From NCBI GenBank assembly GCA_002189035.1, contig CM007990.1, positions 992,001 through 1,056,000 on the forward strand: a stretch of 64,000 nucleotides of DNA, written 5' to 3'. Both the position numbers and the translations under genes were made by a program. Source of the DNA: Utricularia gibba. Its lineage: Eukaryota > Plantae > Magnoliophyta. This document shows, in pieces, positions 13,905 through 24,927 of this stretch (within the stretch, counting starts at the first letter, position 1; the number at the start of each line of letters is the position of its first letter). The notes beneath the pieces are model-generated. The model searched no databases, had not been told where the DNA came from, and saw nothing but the letters and a program-made list of their open reading frames with translations.

Positions 13905-14963
13905 TGACCTGCTTGAAATAGAATTCGAATGAATCCCATCAAAAGGAGAAATCACGAAAAATCGCCAAGATTGGCTCAAACCACAGAAAGTTGTCGCATT
14001 CACAACTACATACACCGGCGGTGATCCGCATCATATACAAAAATCAACGTAACTGAACGAAATGGAAGAGAAACCCCACCTCTGCATTTGTCTTCGCTCA
14101 AAGAAGATTCACGAAAGGAGCCAAAAAATATGATCTTGATCACACCCAGAAAGGATGACAGCTTCGAGACAATGCCGCACCAACCTAGAACCCAAAAAAA
14201 AAACGAAATTGATCTTTCAGCTCCTTCTGACGAAATTCTCGCCAGCCCTTTTCACCCAGCTTCGAATTGAGAGCAAAAGGACAGAGGAAAGCTCAATAAA
14301 TCTTTAAAAGAAACCGTGGAAAAATGGCAATAAGGAAGCGGAGCCCGTGGTCCCCTTTGAGACAGCAAGATTTGCCGATGGTGGGGAAGATCCCTCCTTT
14401 AATCAGACAAATTATGGGCTGAGCATCAGTTAACGTAACCATTACCATCATCGACAATCAATACAAATAATTGAAATTTCAACATGAACATGTAGCCTGG
14501 TATTCAAACACCTTTCCCATTTATGTATCCTAAAACGACTTCCACTTCTTCCTTTGTTTCTTTTACAGGAGAGTATTTACTGTTTATCTAGATGAGATGA
14601 ATTCTGGGTCCACTGCAAATTCTCTCATGCATCTATTCTCGCTTTAAATCTTCAACAAAAGCAGTACAAAGCCATTGATCAACAGTGCAGCCCCAGGTAA
14701 TAAGAACTAATAACTACAAGGCCCACTTTTCGAGTTAAGCTGCAAGACTGACAAGTAAAAGCTGATTCAGAATGCACTGCGGTTGAAGAAATTATTGGAT
14801 ATGATGAATCCTGAAGTCATCATCTATTCACGGATGCCAAAATAAGAGCACCCCCGCAAGGATCAGCAAATCTCAGCTCATTGTGACTCACAAACTCATG
14901 AATGGAACATATGTTCTTTATTAATAGGGTACTACAGGAAGAGGGGCTTGCTATTGCCTATGT

Positions 14964-16439
14964 TCATACTTTGTGATCTTTTGCCATCTCATCTACATTG
15001 AGTTCCACTTCAATAACAGGGGAGTCCAGCAGTCGGCTGCGGTCACTGCAAACATGAATATTTTTTTAATAGACTGTAGATCGTGAGAGGCGATTGGCTT
15101 TTAACATGAAGCAGATACCTATTGTTTACAGGTCCATGATCCAAATTACTCCTCAGACAATAAATGGCCCTTCCAAGTATGTCAGCCATGGTAACTGGAC
15201 CAAAAGTTCGACTGTCATGAGCTTCCTGCAATTCCAAGGAACACGAGAGAGGATTGCAATGGAGGTTAGACATGCTCCAGAAAATAGCATCAATGCTAAG
15301 AAAGGGCATTGGATTGTAACTAGCTGAGAAAGAGTTGGGTCGATACCTCCGGGCTCAGATCTTGGTTGTCAGCTAAAACCCAACACTGGTTATTTTCAAG
15401 CACAAAAGGCTCATCAGCTTTGTTAGTGGACAGCATTTCATCTCCTTCGACTGCAGCTAATCGGCGAACTAGAACATTGCCGTCGTTCAGGGGATCATTC
15501 ATGATAACCACATCTTTGACATCAACTCTCCTGCCTCACACAAAGAAAGTGTCATCTGTTGAGAAAGATGGGATTACTTCAGCATGAACTTAAAGATCTG
15601 CTTAGGCATCTTCAACTGTAATAGCATCAAAGATAATCACTGTTGAATATGAGTACATAAGTTCACAGAAGTTCATAATTAGCTTATCTCATAACCATAC
15701 GTTCGATCTGGAAAAGCAATTTTGCGCACAAGAAGGGTTCCAAACAGATCTCTAGTCATGGGAGCATTGTCTTCTGTTCTGTTACAGTGCAAGAAAGTCA
15801 GCTTTCCGTGAGCTGCACTTCTATACATGACATTGATGACTTCATTGTCTGAACGACCCTTAAGAAAGGCCTAGAACAAGAAATTCTAGTTACATTGCCG
15901 CACCAACATTGTTTCAATCAAGAAACTTGTCAAATGAGCAATAATGCATCAGTTTACTGTCAATATTGTCCACGAGCTTTCTAAAGGCAACTCGTTTTGA
16001 CATCGATAAAAAATTTAAAGGTGATTACAAAATACTCAAAACAAAGGTATGTTCATCTTAATTGAACAAAAAAAGCAAAGGAACTCAAAGAAAAAACAAA
16101 GGCAAGAGTTCCCTGGTGACTAATGCCCGTGCCATAATCATCAGAACAAAAGAGATCGAACAAAATCCTGAATCAATCGAGTAATTCTGCCGTGGTTAAC
16201 GCCCTAGAGAAAGCCCCAGAAGAGATAACACCTAAAGGAGCTATATTCTCCAAAGGTGATTCCAAACAAGGCAAGAAAAAAATACATATAGAAAAAAACA
16301 TATTTCATAAAAATCAAGAAACGATTTTTCAAGCAGGTCACCGAGTGAAGAAGGTGAAGAAGATTACCATCCGTCCAAGGGAGTAAGAGTATTCAAATTT
16401 GCAGGCAAGGTAGCGCACCCACGTTGCGATGGACACCAT
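14964..16439 (-). CDS. Peptidase S24/S26-like protein (plant IMP-related family), multi-exon
   Basis: Exons encode MVSIATWVRYLACKFEYS, LVRRLAAVEGDEM...EPFVLENNQCWVLADN, EAHDSRTFGPV...GRAIYCLRS..DHGPV and DSPVIEVELNVDEMAKDHKV*. Internal exons were only partly traced. Confidence 0.85.
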
Positions 16440-16966
16440 TCTCGGAAAGCTCTCTGGAGCAGAATCAAATTCGAAAAATAAAAAACCCTAGAAGATATTA
16501 CACTTCTTGAATTGGTTCACGGCCGCCGCTATTCAGCCGGCTCCGGTAGGGGAAGAGAAGAAAAATCCCCGATGTGAAGTGAAGCTGCAATGCAATTTGT
16601 GACTTTTTTCTATATTTCAAAATGTCCTTCTCCGAATACGTCATAACTAACATACGCTGCTAACATACGTATCGAGATCACTCACTAAAATGCGCCGTTA
16701 GTGACTCTAACCAGTTAGGTTTCTCGGAGTCCATGAATCGTATACCAGGAAGAAGATGAACCCCCCCATGCAATCAAGATCCAATTTTTGTTTTCAAATC
16801 TGCGGTCTTTTGTTAATTATCCTGCGCACACATGTTTGTTTGTTTAACCCAGATGAACTGAACCACAGAATGATCAACAGAAAAAACTGTGGGAACAGCC
16901 ATAGTTATTACACAACTTTATTCATGTGGAAAACTCCAACTCAGGAAGAAAGCAGCAAGCGGAGAT

Positions 16967-18477
16967 CTAGGACATCATCTGGCTGCGTCCAGGGGCGAAC
17001 AAGAAGCTCTGGCCACCTCTGTTGTTCTTGAGATCCTGAGCTTGGCTTGGTGAAATCTGATAAGATTTCGAAACAACTTGCAAGGGCAGAGCTCGAATCA
17101 CCGATGTGTATCCAGCCAATGGGTTCCTCATCGGCGAACCCGTCGTCTTGAACGCTACCCACTCGAACCCATCACCCCCTGCGCGCGCCATGGAAGTGTA
17201 AAACTGTGGAACCACGAACATGCTTCCTTCTTGAACTCGCTCGTTCATCAGATTTTCACCACTTTGGTCTGTAATCTGGATTTGTGCTTCTCCCCTTGTA
17301 ACGTACACGATTGTGTGACCGAACACAGCCCAGTCAGGGCTCAAAAGGGCGTTCTTGAAAAGGCGGCCTCTTTCTGCGCTGAGATCCATGTACTTGAGAA
17401 TTGGGAGCTTGTGTTTGTCGACAATGTTCAAGCTTCCGGCTTGTTTAGAGTAGACATCGGCTTCTCTTCTGTGCTCCAGGCTTGTGAAGAATTTCATTGA
17501 GCAGAAAGTTTCTTCAAGCCCATTTGACCTTCTTTCGCGCTCTGATTCTCCCCATGATTCGTCTGGTTTGATGAACCTCAGGCGTTCTTTGGCCGTGACG
17601 ATTAAGCCTCTCTGGTTCTCGCTTTGCATCTTCCTTATCAGTTCCTCATCGACGTTGAAGGCCTCCGCCAGCAAATTGGAATCAAATCCTCGGAAAATGT
17701 TCTGGCAACTCCATTCTTCAGATTGCTGGCCTCTGCTGCTTCGTTCTCCGCCGGCGATGTAGAATAACTGAAGAATGATAGTGTAAGTTTTGAGAATGAC
17801 AAAAAAAACATGGTGAAAATGTTTGATTTTTTAGATAACGTACTCGGGGGTTTTCGTCCAGTTGATTTGACACGTGATTGTAGTCGTTAATGGCGACGGC
17901 TACGAGATCCTCATTCCCGTCGTTGTAGATCCAGTGTACGGCGCCGGTGGGGAAAGCGATAATATCTCCGCGGCGGATTCTGTGAACTTTCTGGTGTATA
18001 TCTCCGGCTGTTCCCTTCTGTTGATGCTCCATCCACTTTCTCTGCATCGTCTCCGACTCATAAGTCTCGGCGCAGCCGGGAAGACGACGCTCACGTATCC
18101 CTCACCTGAAAATCAAATCTCTCAGCGGCGGCGCATGGGAATCGAGAATCAAATCAAATCCAATCCAATCACCTACCTCTTTCGATGAAGACAAGACGCG
18201 GGGTTGGCTGATAGTTGGGAAGGGAGAGGCCATTGGGGCGGATGACGCTTCTGACGGCAGACACACCCGCGCACTGGAACTGCTCTTCCCGGCGGTCCCA
18301 TCGCTCGGTTTTGCCACCTTCAGATTCAACCGCACCCGAAGGCTGCAACGGCGAGATTCTCCTTAAACGGCATTGCTGCTCATCAGTCAGCCGGAACTGG
18401 CGCTTCTGCGCGAAGGCGGATGATGCGAGCAAGAGGAGAAGAGGGAGGAGAACCGGAAGAAGCTTGGAGGAAGCCAT
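16967..18477 (-). CDS. 11S globulin (legumin-type) seed storage protein; 2 introns; apparent frameshift at 18078-18080
   Basis: Signal peptide, QCRL and QFQCAG, HQKVHRIRRGDIIA, and the N/G cleavage site SNGLEETFCSMK. Adding one C restores the conserved FPGCAETY. Confidence 0.95.
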
Positions 18478-18524
18478 GGCTGTGTGCAGAAGAAGGGTGG
18501 CAGATGGGGGGGATTATATCGTGT

Positions 18525-18535
18525 GTGTTTGCATG
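18525..18535 (-). promoter_or_regulatory. Overlapping RY core (CATGCA) and CAAACAC seed-storage promoter elements
   Basis: The minus strand reads CATGCAAACAC about 50 bp upstream of the 11S ATG, just above a TATAAT-like box at about 18513-18518. Confidence 0.55.
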
Positions 18536-20088
18536 GGGAAGGTGGTTCAATGGAGGACACACTTTCGCATGAACAACAACACCTGTCTCCCATCATCTGC
18601 AACTCATCACCGCTCCATGAAAACGAATCCACAGACCACAGAGAAAACAGATAAACGATAACTTCAACCATGGAGAAATGGGAGGATTTGAATTTAGGAT
18701 AAATTTCGCATTTAGTATTTTGTTCAAAAATTAAATTTGGGATATGACCAAATTTTAAAAAATATGAAGTCCAAAATATCAATAAATTTTATATTTTCGA
18801 TTATTTAGGACACATTTTATTAACATAATTTTCTAAATTGATTTTGTTTAATTTTTAAAGAATTTTAAATCAAAAATTCAACTTTTATATTTTTAAAATT
18901 TCATTTTAATGATTCAATAAGAAAGTAATTTAAAAAATTATAATGTTCATTCTTTATTCATTCTAAAAATATATTTATATTATAGTTTTCAATATATTAA
19001 ATTTTATAATATATAACTTAATTTATTAAATTTTATAATATAGTTTTACATTATCATATAAAATAATTTGATAATTTTAAAATTGAATCTATACTAATAT
19101 ATATACAAAATAACTCTTGGAATTAGATAAATAATTTAAACAAATGGAAGTTGTTAGTATTGAAGAAGTATCAATTTATGGGCCGGTTTTATATGTTGGG
19201 CTTCGATGGCCCAAATAAAGAGAAGCTAGTGGTATCGCTGGCGGGTTCTAGCGGCAGCTACTGGTTCATAGCTTTGGAATCGCGCGTTGAGTTTGAAGGA
19301 CCGTCTTCGCAATGACTTCGAGCGAGGTGCGTCTCTTGCGGCTAACGCATCGTTTTTTCTGGTTTTTGTTGTACTAGTGATTGCTTAATCTGTTTCCGAG
19401 GAATAATAGGAGAGGATTCTTCGGTACGAATTCGGAAGATAAGCCTATTAGGAAAATCCTTATTCTGTGTATTCGTGCGGCGATCCGATTTTATGGTCTA
19501 AAGATTTGCTCTTCCATATTTTTATGTTGAGCTTGCTTTGTATGAGTCTTTTTTCCCTTTTTACATTGAGATTTTTTGTGATATTTGTCCATTACTTTGT
19601 TTAGCAGCTGAAAATTTGGAGAACAATCCTCTAATTTGTCACTTGATCATCAGTTTTCTTGGTTTTTATCTCCTATTCCTTGTCGGGGAATGGTTTGAAA
19701 ACATAAAGTGTTGTCTGCGTGGAAAATTGTTGAAGGCAAAGATGAGCGCAAAAATTTTAATTTCCTGCTGGTTTTCCTGTGCAATTTTATGGTTTAGTTC
19801 ATTGGGACGTCCACTAATCACGAGGTGGCCGCAGCTGCAGGTTATAAATTGCAGAGTCCGGGTTTGCTGCCATTGCACATTTGAGAGAGAAGAATCAGTT
19901 TAAAAGTTGGTCTCCACTCATCGCAGCTTTGGGGGTCTGAAATTTTTTTCCCCGCGGCCAAACAAGTAATATGCTAGCACCAGTCCCGAGTTGCCCGCTT
20001 TCCCGTGAATCTGGCAGATTCTTTTCGTTGTAAGTATATACGGTTGTAGTAATTGTCTTTGATCATCTTGAGTTGTAGTGTGTTATAA

Positions 20089-21122
20089 ATGGATTTTAAC
20101 CCTAATTGCAGCCCTGGCATTTTGTGCTCTCCATGCTCAACAAAACTTATTCCTCTGCACTCTGGTCATCATGCTCGGAGAGTACACTTCAGCAAAAGGA
20201 TCAAGATTTTGACGCGCTCTAGTTCACGTCTTCAAAGCATCTATTGTGTTGTTAATACAGATGATGGACATGCAGCTGCATCAGTTTCTGAAGAAGAAGC
20301 AAGTGAATTTAATTGGAATCAAGAATCTAATGAGTTCCTCAAGAATTGGGCCCCTCCCAGGTACTTGTGGAGGGGACTGTGTGTTTTTGTTCTCGCAGGC
20401 CAAGTAATCATGAGGGCCATAAAAGCAAAAATTCATTGGAAAAACACTCTACAACAGTTGGAAAGAGTTGGGCCTAAATCAGTTGGTGTCTGCCTCCTAA
20501 CCTCAGCTTTTGTAGGCATGGCTTTCACCATCCAATTCGTCAGGGAGTTCACCAGATTAGGCTTGAACAGATCAGTGGGTGGTGTATTAGCCCTTGCCTT
20601 TTCAAGAGAATTAAGCCCCGTGGTAACATCAGTTGTAGTAGCCGGGCGTATCGGAAGTGCCTTTGCTGCAGAACTAGGGACAATGCAGGTCTCTGAGCAG
20701 ACAGACACTCTGAGAGTTCTTGGTGCAAACCCAGTTGATTACCTCATCACCCGAGAGTGCTAGCTTCTTGCATTGCCCTCCCTTTCTTGACTCTAATGAG
20801 CTTCACAATCGGAATGGCATCAAGCGCTCTGCTGGCAGACAGCGTCTACGGCATCAGCATCAACATAATCTTGGACTCTGCCCAGCGATCTCTAAGGGCC
20901 TGGGATATTATCAGTGCAATGATCAAGTCACAGGTGTTTGGAGCAATAATATCAGTGATCAGCTGCGCTTGGGGTGTCACAACTTTGGGAGGAGCCAAGG
21001 GTGTAGGTGAATCCACCACATCAGCTGTTGTCATCTCTCTGGTAGGAATTTTTATTGCTGATTTCGCCCTCTCTTATTGCTTCTTCCAGGGAGCTGGAGA
21101 TTCCCTCAAGAACTGTATGTGA
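20089..21122 (+). CDS. TGD1: TRIGALACTOSYLDIACYLGLYCEROL 1, chloroplast ABC lipid permease (MlaE family); apparent frameshift at 20750-20752
   Basis: Transit peptide, then WKNTLQQLERVGPKSVGVCLLTSAFVGMAFTIQFVREF...RELSPV...GSAFAAELGTMQVSEQTDTLRVLG. Adding one C gives YLITPRVLASCIALP and joins the two ORFs. Confidence 0.95.
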
Positions 21123-21359
21123 ATATTTTACAAGACAACTCATCTTTTGGAATTCACAGTTTGCAGTTCCACAGTTACCCACTCTTCATGGTTTTCTTTT
21201 TCCCGGAAGTCATTCTACATGGTTAAAGCACAGTTGCCGAGACAACAGAAAGGTAAAACCATGTGAAACAGTACAAGACCCTTTATTTAGATCACCAAGG
21301 GCCCTGCATTAGACAGTAATCTCTGCATACAGGTGAGGATCTTCTACAGAAGAGTCCCG

Positions 21360-22056
21360 CTAATGCTGCTGACAGTTAGGGGCCTGAGTGAAGAGAAACT
21401 TCCCAAGAAAAAATAGCAGCACCTTAGCCACTTACCATTCTAGTGCTTCTACTGTTCTAGTTCTTTAGTGAATTCCTTGAGGATACGGATACAGTTAGCA
21501 TCTACAGAATAGGGAAACAAATTGCAGAAAAACATGAAGCTATTGCAGAATGTAGCTTTCTTGTTCTGGTTTTGGTGGGTTATGTTAGGACACTTGAAAG
21601 TTCAGTGAGTGGACCTGCAATTGATCCCAGAGCTTCTGCTGCTTCATGCCTACCCATAGGATGCTCTTCTGGATCCTTAAGAACCTGGGAAAGTGCGTCT
21701 GTAGCTTTCTTGTCCTGCAGCTGGCCCAAGACATATGCAACCCGGGAAGTTATCAATAAGACATCAGCATCTGCAAATGCTCCAATTACATGAAGCAAGA
21801 AGAGGCCAACCTCTTGTGGTCATAGAAGGGCACTATTTGCACTGAGGGCATCAACAATAGCCGATACGGCTTCCTCCACATCAAGGTTTCAAGGAGCAAA
21901 ACCATGCTCCTTCTGTTGATGCAAAATGCAGCAGAAGTGTCAACCAACAAGAAAGGAGATGATTCAGAAACTGGGCAACTTTTGAGGTCTTTAATTCGAC
22001 TAAGAGCGAGCTCATGTTTCAGCTCATGACGAACAATTGGGTGCAAAGAGAAATCA
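21360..22056 (-). pseudogene. DOHH: Deoxyhypusine hydroxylase (DOHH) pseudogene fragment, C-terminal half
   Basis: HEAT-repeat remnants [43 protein letters not shown] and [17 protein letters not shown]. It carries in-frame TGA stops, an internal deletion, frameshifts and intron remnants. Confidence 0.85.
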
Positions 22057-22230
22057 TCTGAAGTCCTTGCTGCAGAAGCTGCACCTGTAGCTCCTTTGGA
22101 GCCACCGCTTTCTCCTCCTTTCTCCATGGGAAGACGCAGATGGAGAAAGGAGGGCTTCTGGTGGCTTGTCACCACGATGGAGGATCCGGCCAGCCATGGC
22201 CCTCTGTCTGCGTTCTTCCTGCTGCTCCAT
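22054..22230 (-). pseudogene. 5' fragment of a SUPERMAN/ZFP-like C2H2 zinc-finger gene fused to the DOHH remnant
   Basis: 58-aa ORF MEQQEERRQRAMAG...RWLQRSYRCSFCSKDFR* resembles WPPRSYxCSFCxREFR and stops just before the QALGGH motif would occur. Confidence 0.55.
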
Positions 22231-23113
22231 TACAACTCATTTGAAACGACGACGTATCGAATAGCCCCACGTTTAAAAAACTACAAAGTATTAGATGATT
22301 TAGTTAAATTCAAATCATTTTAAAATAAATAAAATCATTTATAATTCAATCAACATCTAATTTTTGAACGAACCTTAATATGAAATAGTTAAAACTTAGT
22401 GAATTTTTTAAATAATAAATGGTCAAGTTATTTGTAGTCATTATTTTCTAAAATAAAAATTTTTTTACTATAATTCTTACAATCCATTCATTATTTAATG
22501 ACTATTTAGGATAAGGGATGAATTAGAAGAGTGTCAAAATTGTATGAAAAAAATGATATCTTATATATATTTTTTGACCGAATTTGAAAAAAGAAAATGA
22601 TAATAACCAATTTTCTAAATAATTCTATAATATTATCCTCTAGTTTTATAACAAATATAAAGTATATTAACAAATTAAAATCCACAACATTTTATTATTT
22701 TAGTATTACAACAATGAAACACGAATTATAGCAAAAATTAGATTCACATTTTTATATTCAATTTATTTTTTTTTAAAAAACATAATATCGAATAATAATT
22801 CTTTTTGCCCTGTGCGTGCGTACAAGGAACAAGAAATAAGTCTAGCGTCTGCTCGTACGGCAGCCAGCGCCTGCCGGAGAAGAAGTTTGGTAGGGGTGGC
22901 ACCTCAACCAATTCATCGGACCTGAAACTCAACCACCACCTGCGACACCAACAAATTTTCACCAGCCAAATAACATTCGTTTACAGAAACCCAAGAAGCT
23001 ATTTCCCAGATGACACTTGTATTGTATCAAACTGGTGTATCAACTAAGAAAGCGGAAGAACACCTTGCACACAGCTCAAATAATTCCCAGTTACTAGGAG
23101 TCTGGACTCTACA

Positions 23114-23296
23114 TCATGTATCTGTGTTTTCTTGGTCTAATGCATCAACAACAACAACATTGAAATCTGTTTCCGGAGCAGGGTCTAAATTTGACATGAA
23201 TGGGCTGTTCTTATAACCAGCAAGGGGAGAAGCACTCCACAAAGCAAGAACACAGGTAAGGAACATGAAGGCGAACGACTTACATTGAAAATGCAT
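23114..23296 (-). CDS. Possible small secreted peptide (60 aa) with a signal-peptide-like N-terminus
   Basis: ATG start, hydrophobic FAFMFLTCVLALWSASPLA segment, acidic remainder, and an upstream acceptor-like CTCACAG. No family recognised. Confidence 0.3.
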   Translation of the reverse strand: MHFQCKSFAFMFLTCVLALWSASPLAGYKNSPFMSNLDPAPETDFNVVVVDALDQENTDT

Positions 23297-23746
23297 CGTC
23301 TCTCTTTGAAGTGTGCATGCTTCCCTTCAACCTGTGAGCAGATTATACAGTGGTCTCCGCCTCAGTATCATCCAATATCAACTGAAGAAGAAGATTCCGA
23401 GCAAAGAGCTATGGGAGACACAGATGGCATATAAAACAAGCATCAATAGAAGCCAATGAGAGCCACCAAAACACAAGAAACCAAATAAATCCCCAAGCAT
23501 GTGGTTCCAGAAGTATCAAATAAACATAAGTCAGATTCACCATCAAGGAAACAAGTTAGACAGATACAAATTGCACAGACAAGATCAAAAAAATGGGGGA
23601 TTGAGTGTGCAACCATCTCAATTCTCAGCATCAAACTAGCAAGAAGGGAAAACAAACTCTATCAAGCTGCTTTCTGGGCTGAAAAAACAACAACGGTGTA
23701 CAAGCAGACAAAGATTTATATACTTCGGGTTCAAATAACGGGGTAA

Positions 23747-24759
23747 CTACTTCTTTCCCTTCTTAGCTACTGCCTTCTTTGCCGGAGATTTCGAAACCCT
23801 GGCAGGAGCCTTTCTTACAGGCGCCTTCCTAACCGCAGGTGGCTTTCTCGTTGGAGTGGAAACCTTCTTTCCGGGGAAAGACCTAGTGACTGTCTTCGAT
23901 GCCTTAGCGGGGCGTTTACTCTCAGCCTTCGTCTTTTCCGGAGCCTTTCTCTTGGTCCCAGTAGCCTTTGGCTTTGCCGGTGATGCAGATGCTGCCTTGG
24001 ATCTCGCAGCGGACTTGGGCTTCGCAACTGGCTTCGGCTTCGGCTTCGCTGCAGGTTTGGATTTTGGGGAGCCTTGGACTTGGGCCTCGCGGACGACTTA
24101 GGTTTCGCAATCGTCTTGGGGGCGGCGACCTTCTTCTTGCTAGCAGCAGTCTCGGACTTCGTTTTAGCATCGGATTTGGCCTTGGAAGCAGCCTTAGGCT
24201 TGGGTTTCGCCAAAGACTTCGGTTTCGCTGGAGCGGATTTCTTTTCCTGAGAAGAAGCAACCGCTGGTCTGGATCGAGTGGGCGGAAGCTTATACGAACT
24301 CTTGACCTTAACAAGTTTTCCATTGACGACAAGCTTCTTCAACTGAACCAACAAAATCTTCCTGAAATTAGGCGGCAGAGCCTTCTGCTTATCCTCGATG
24401 AACTTTGTGATTGCGTACTGGCTTGATCCTGTCCTGTCCTTAAGCGTTTCAACAGCTTCCTTAACCATCTACACGCGCAAACCCAATGAATCATTTATCC
24501 CTTCATCGAATTCAACACCGATAAAAATCACAACTCCGATCTAGCAACTAACCTCAAAGTACGGTGGGTGGGTCGGTGCACTGCGCTTTTTCGGGGCAGG
24601 AACCTTCTTCGCCTTAGCTTCTTTAGACGCTGCTGCCTTCTTACTCTTCGCAGCTTTCGGCGCCTCCTCGCTCTTCTCCTCCACGTGCTCCTCCTCCGCC
24701 GCTGGCGGAGGCTCAGCAACTGGCTCCACACTCGGCACCGGAGCTTCTACATCCGCCAT
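23747..24759 (-). CDS. H1: Linker histone H1; exons 24759-24553 and 24468-23747; apparent frameshift at 24066-24069
   Basis: Globular domain THPPYFE/MVKEAVETLKDRTGSSQYAITKFI...LVKVKSSYKL. One added base restores an uninterrupted K/A/P-rich tail ending SPAKKAVAKKGKK*. Confidence 0.95.
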
Positions 24760-24897
24760 GGGAGACACCTTCGAGAATCTAGGGGTAGGGAAATTGGGGA
24801 AATCGCAACACAGATCCACGTACCCAACTACGATGCAAGTCACACATCCGAAGCTAGCCGCTCTTAAATACCGAGCGTTAATCCGAATGGTGAAATC

Positions 24898-24927
24898 TGA
24901 TTGGTCCGCATCTCATGGACGCGGATC
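24898..24927 (-). promoter_or_regulatory. Histone promoter type III element: octamer GATCCGCG-N14-ACCAATCA
   Basis: The minus strand reads GATCCGCG (24927-24920), exactly 14 nt, then ACCAATCA (24905-24898), about 140 bp upstream of the H1 ATG. Confidence 0.8.

Noticed and set aside
14760-14830. Minus-strand ATGATGA...CTGA pair resembling a C/D snoRNA
   Set aside because: It lies in the probable peptidase 3'UTR and I recognise no rRNA or snRNA complementarity; likely chance.
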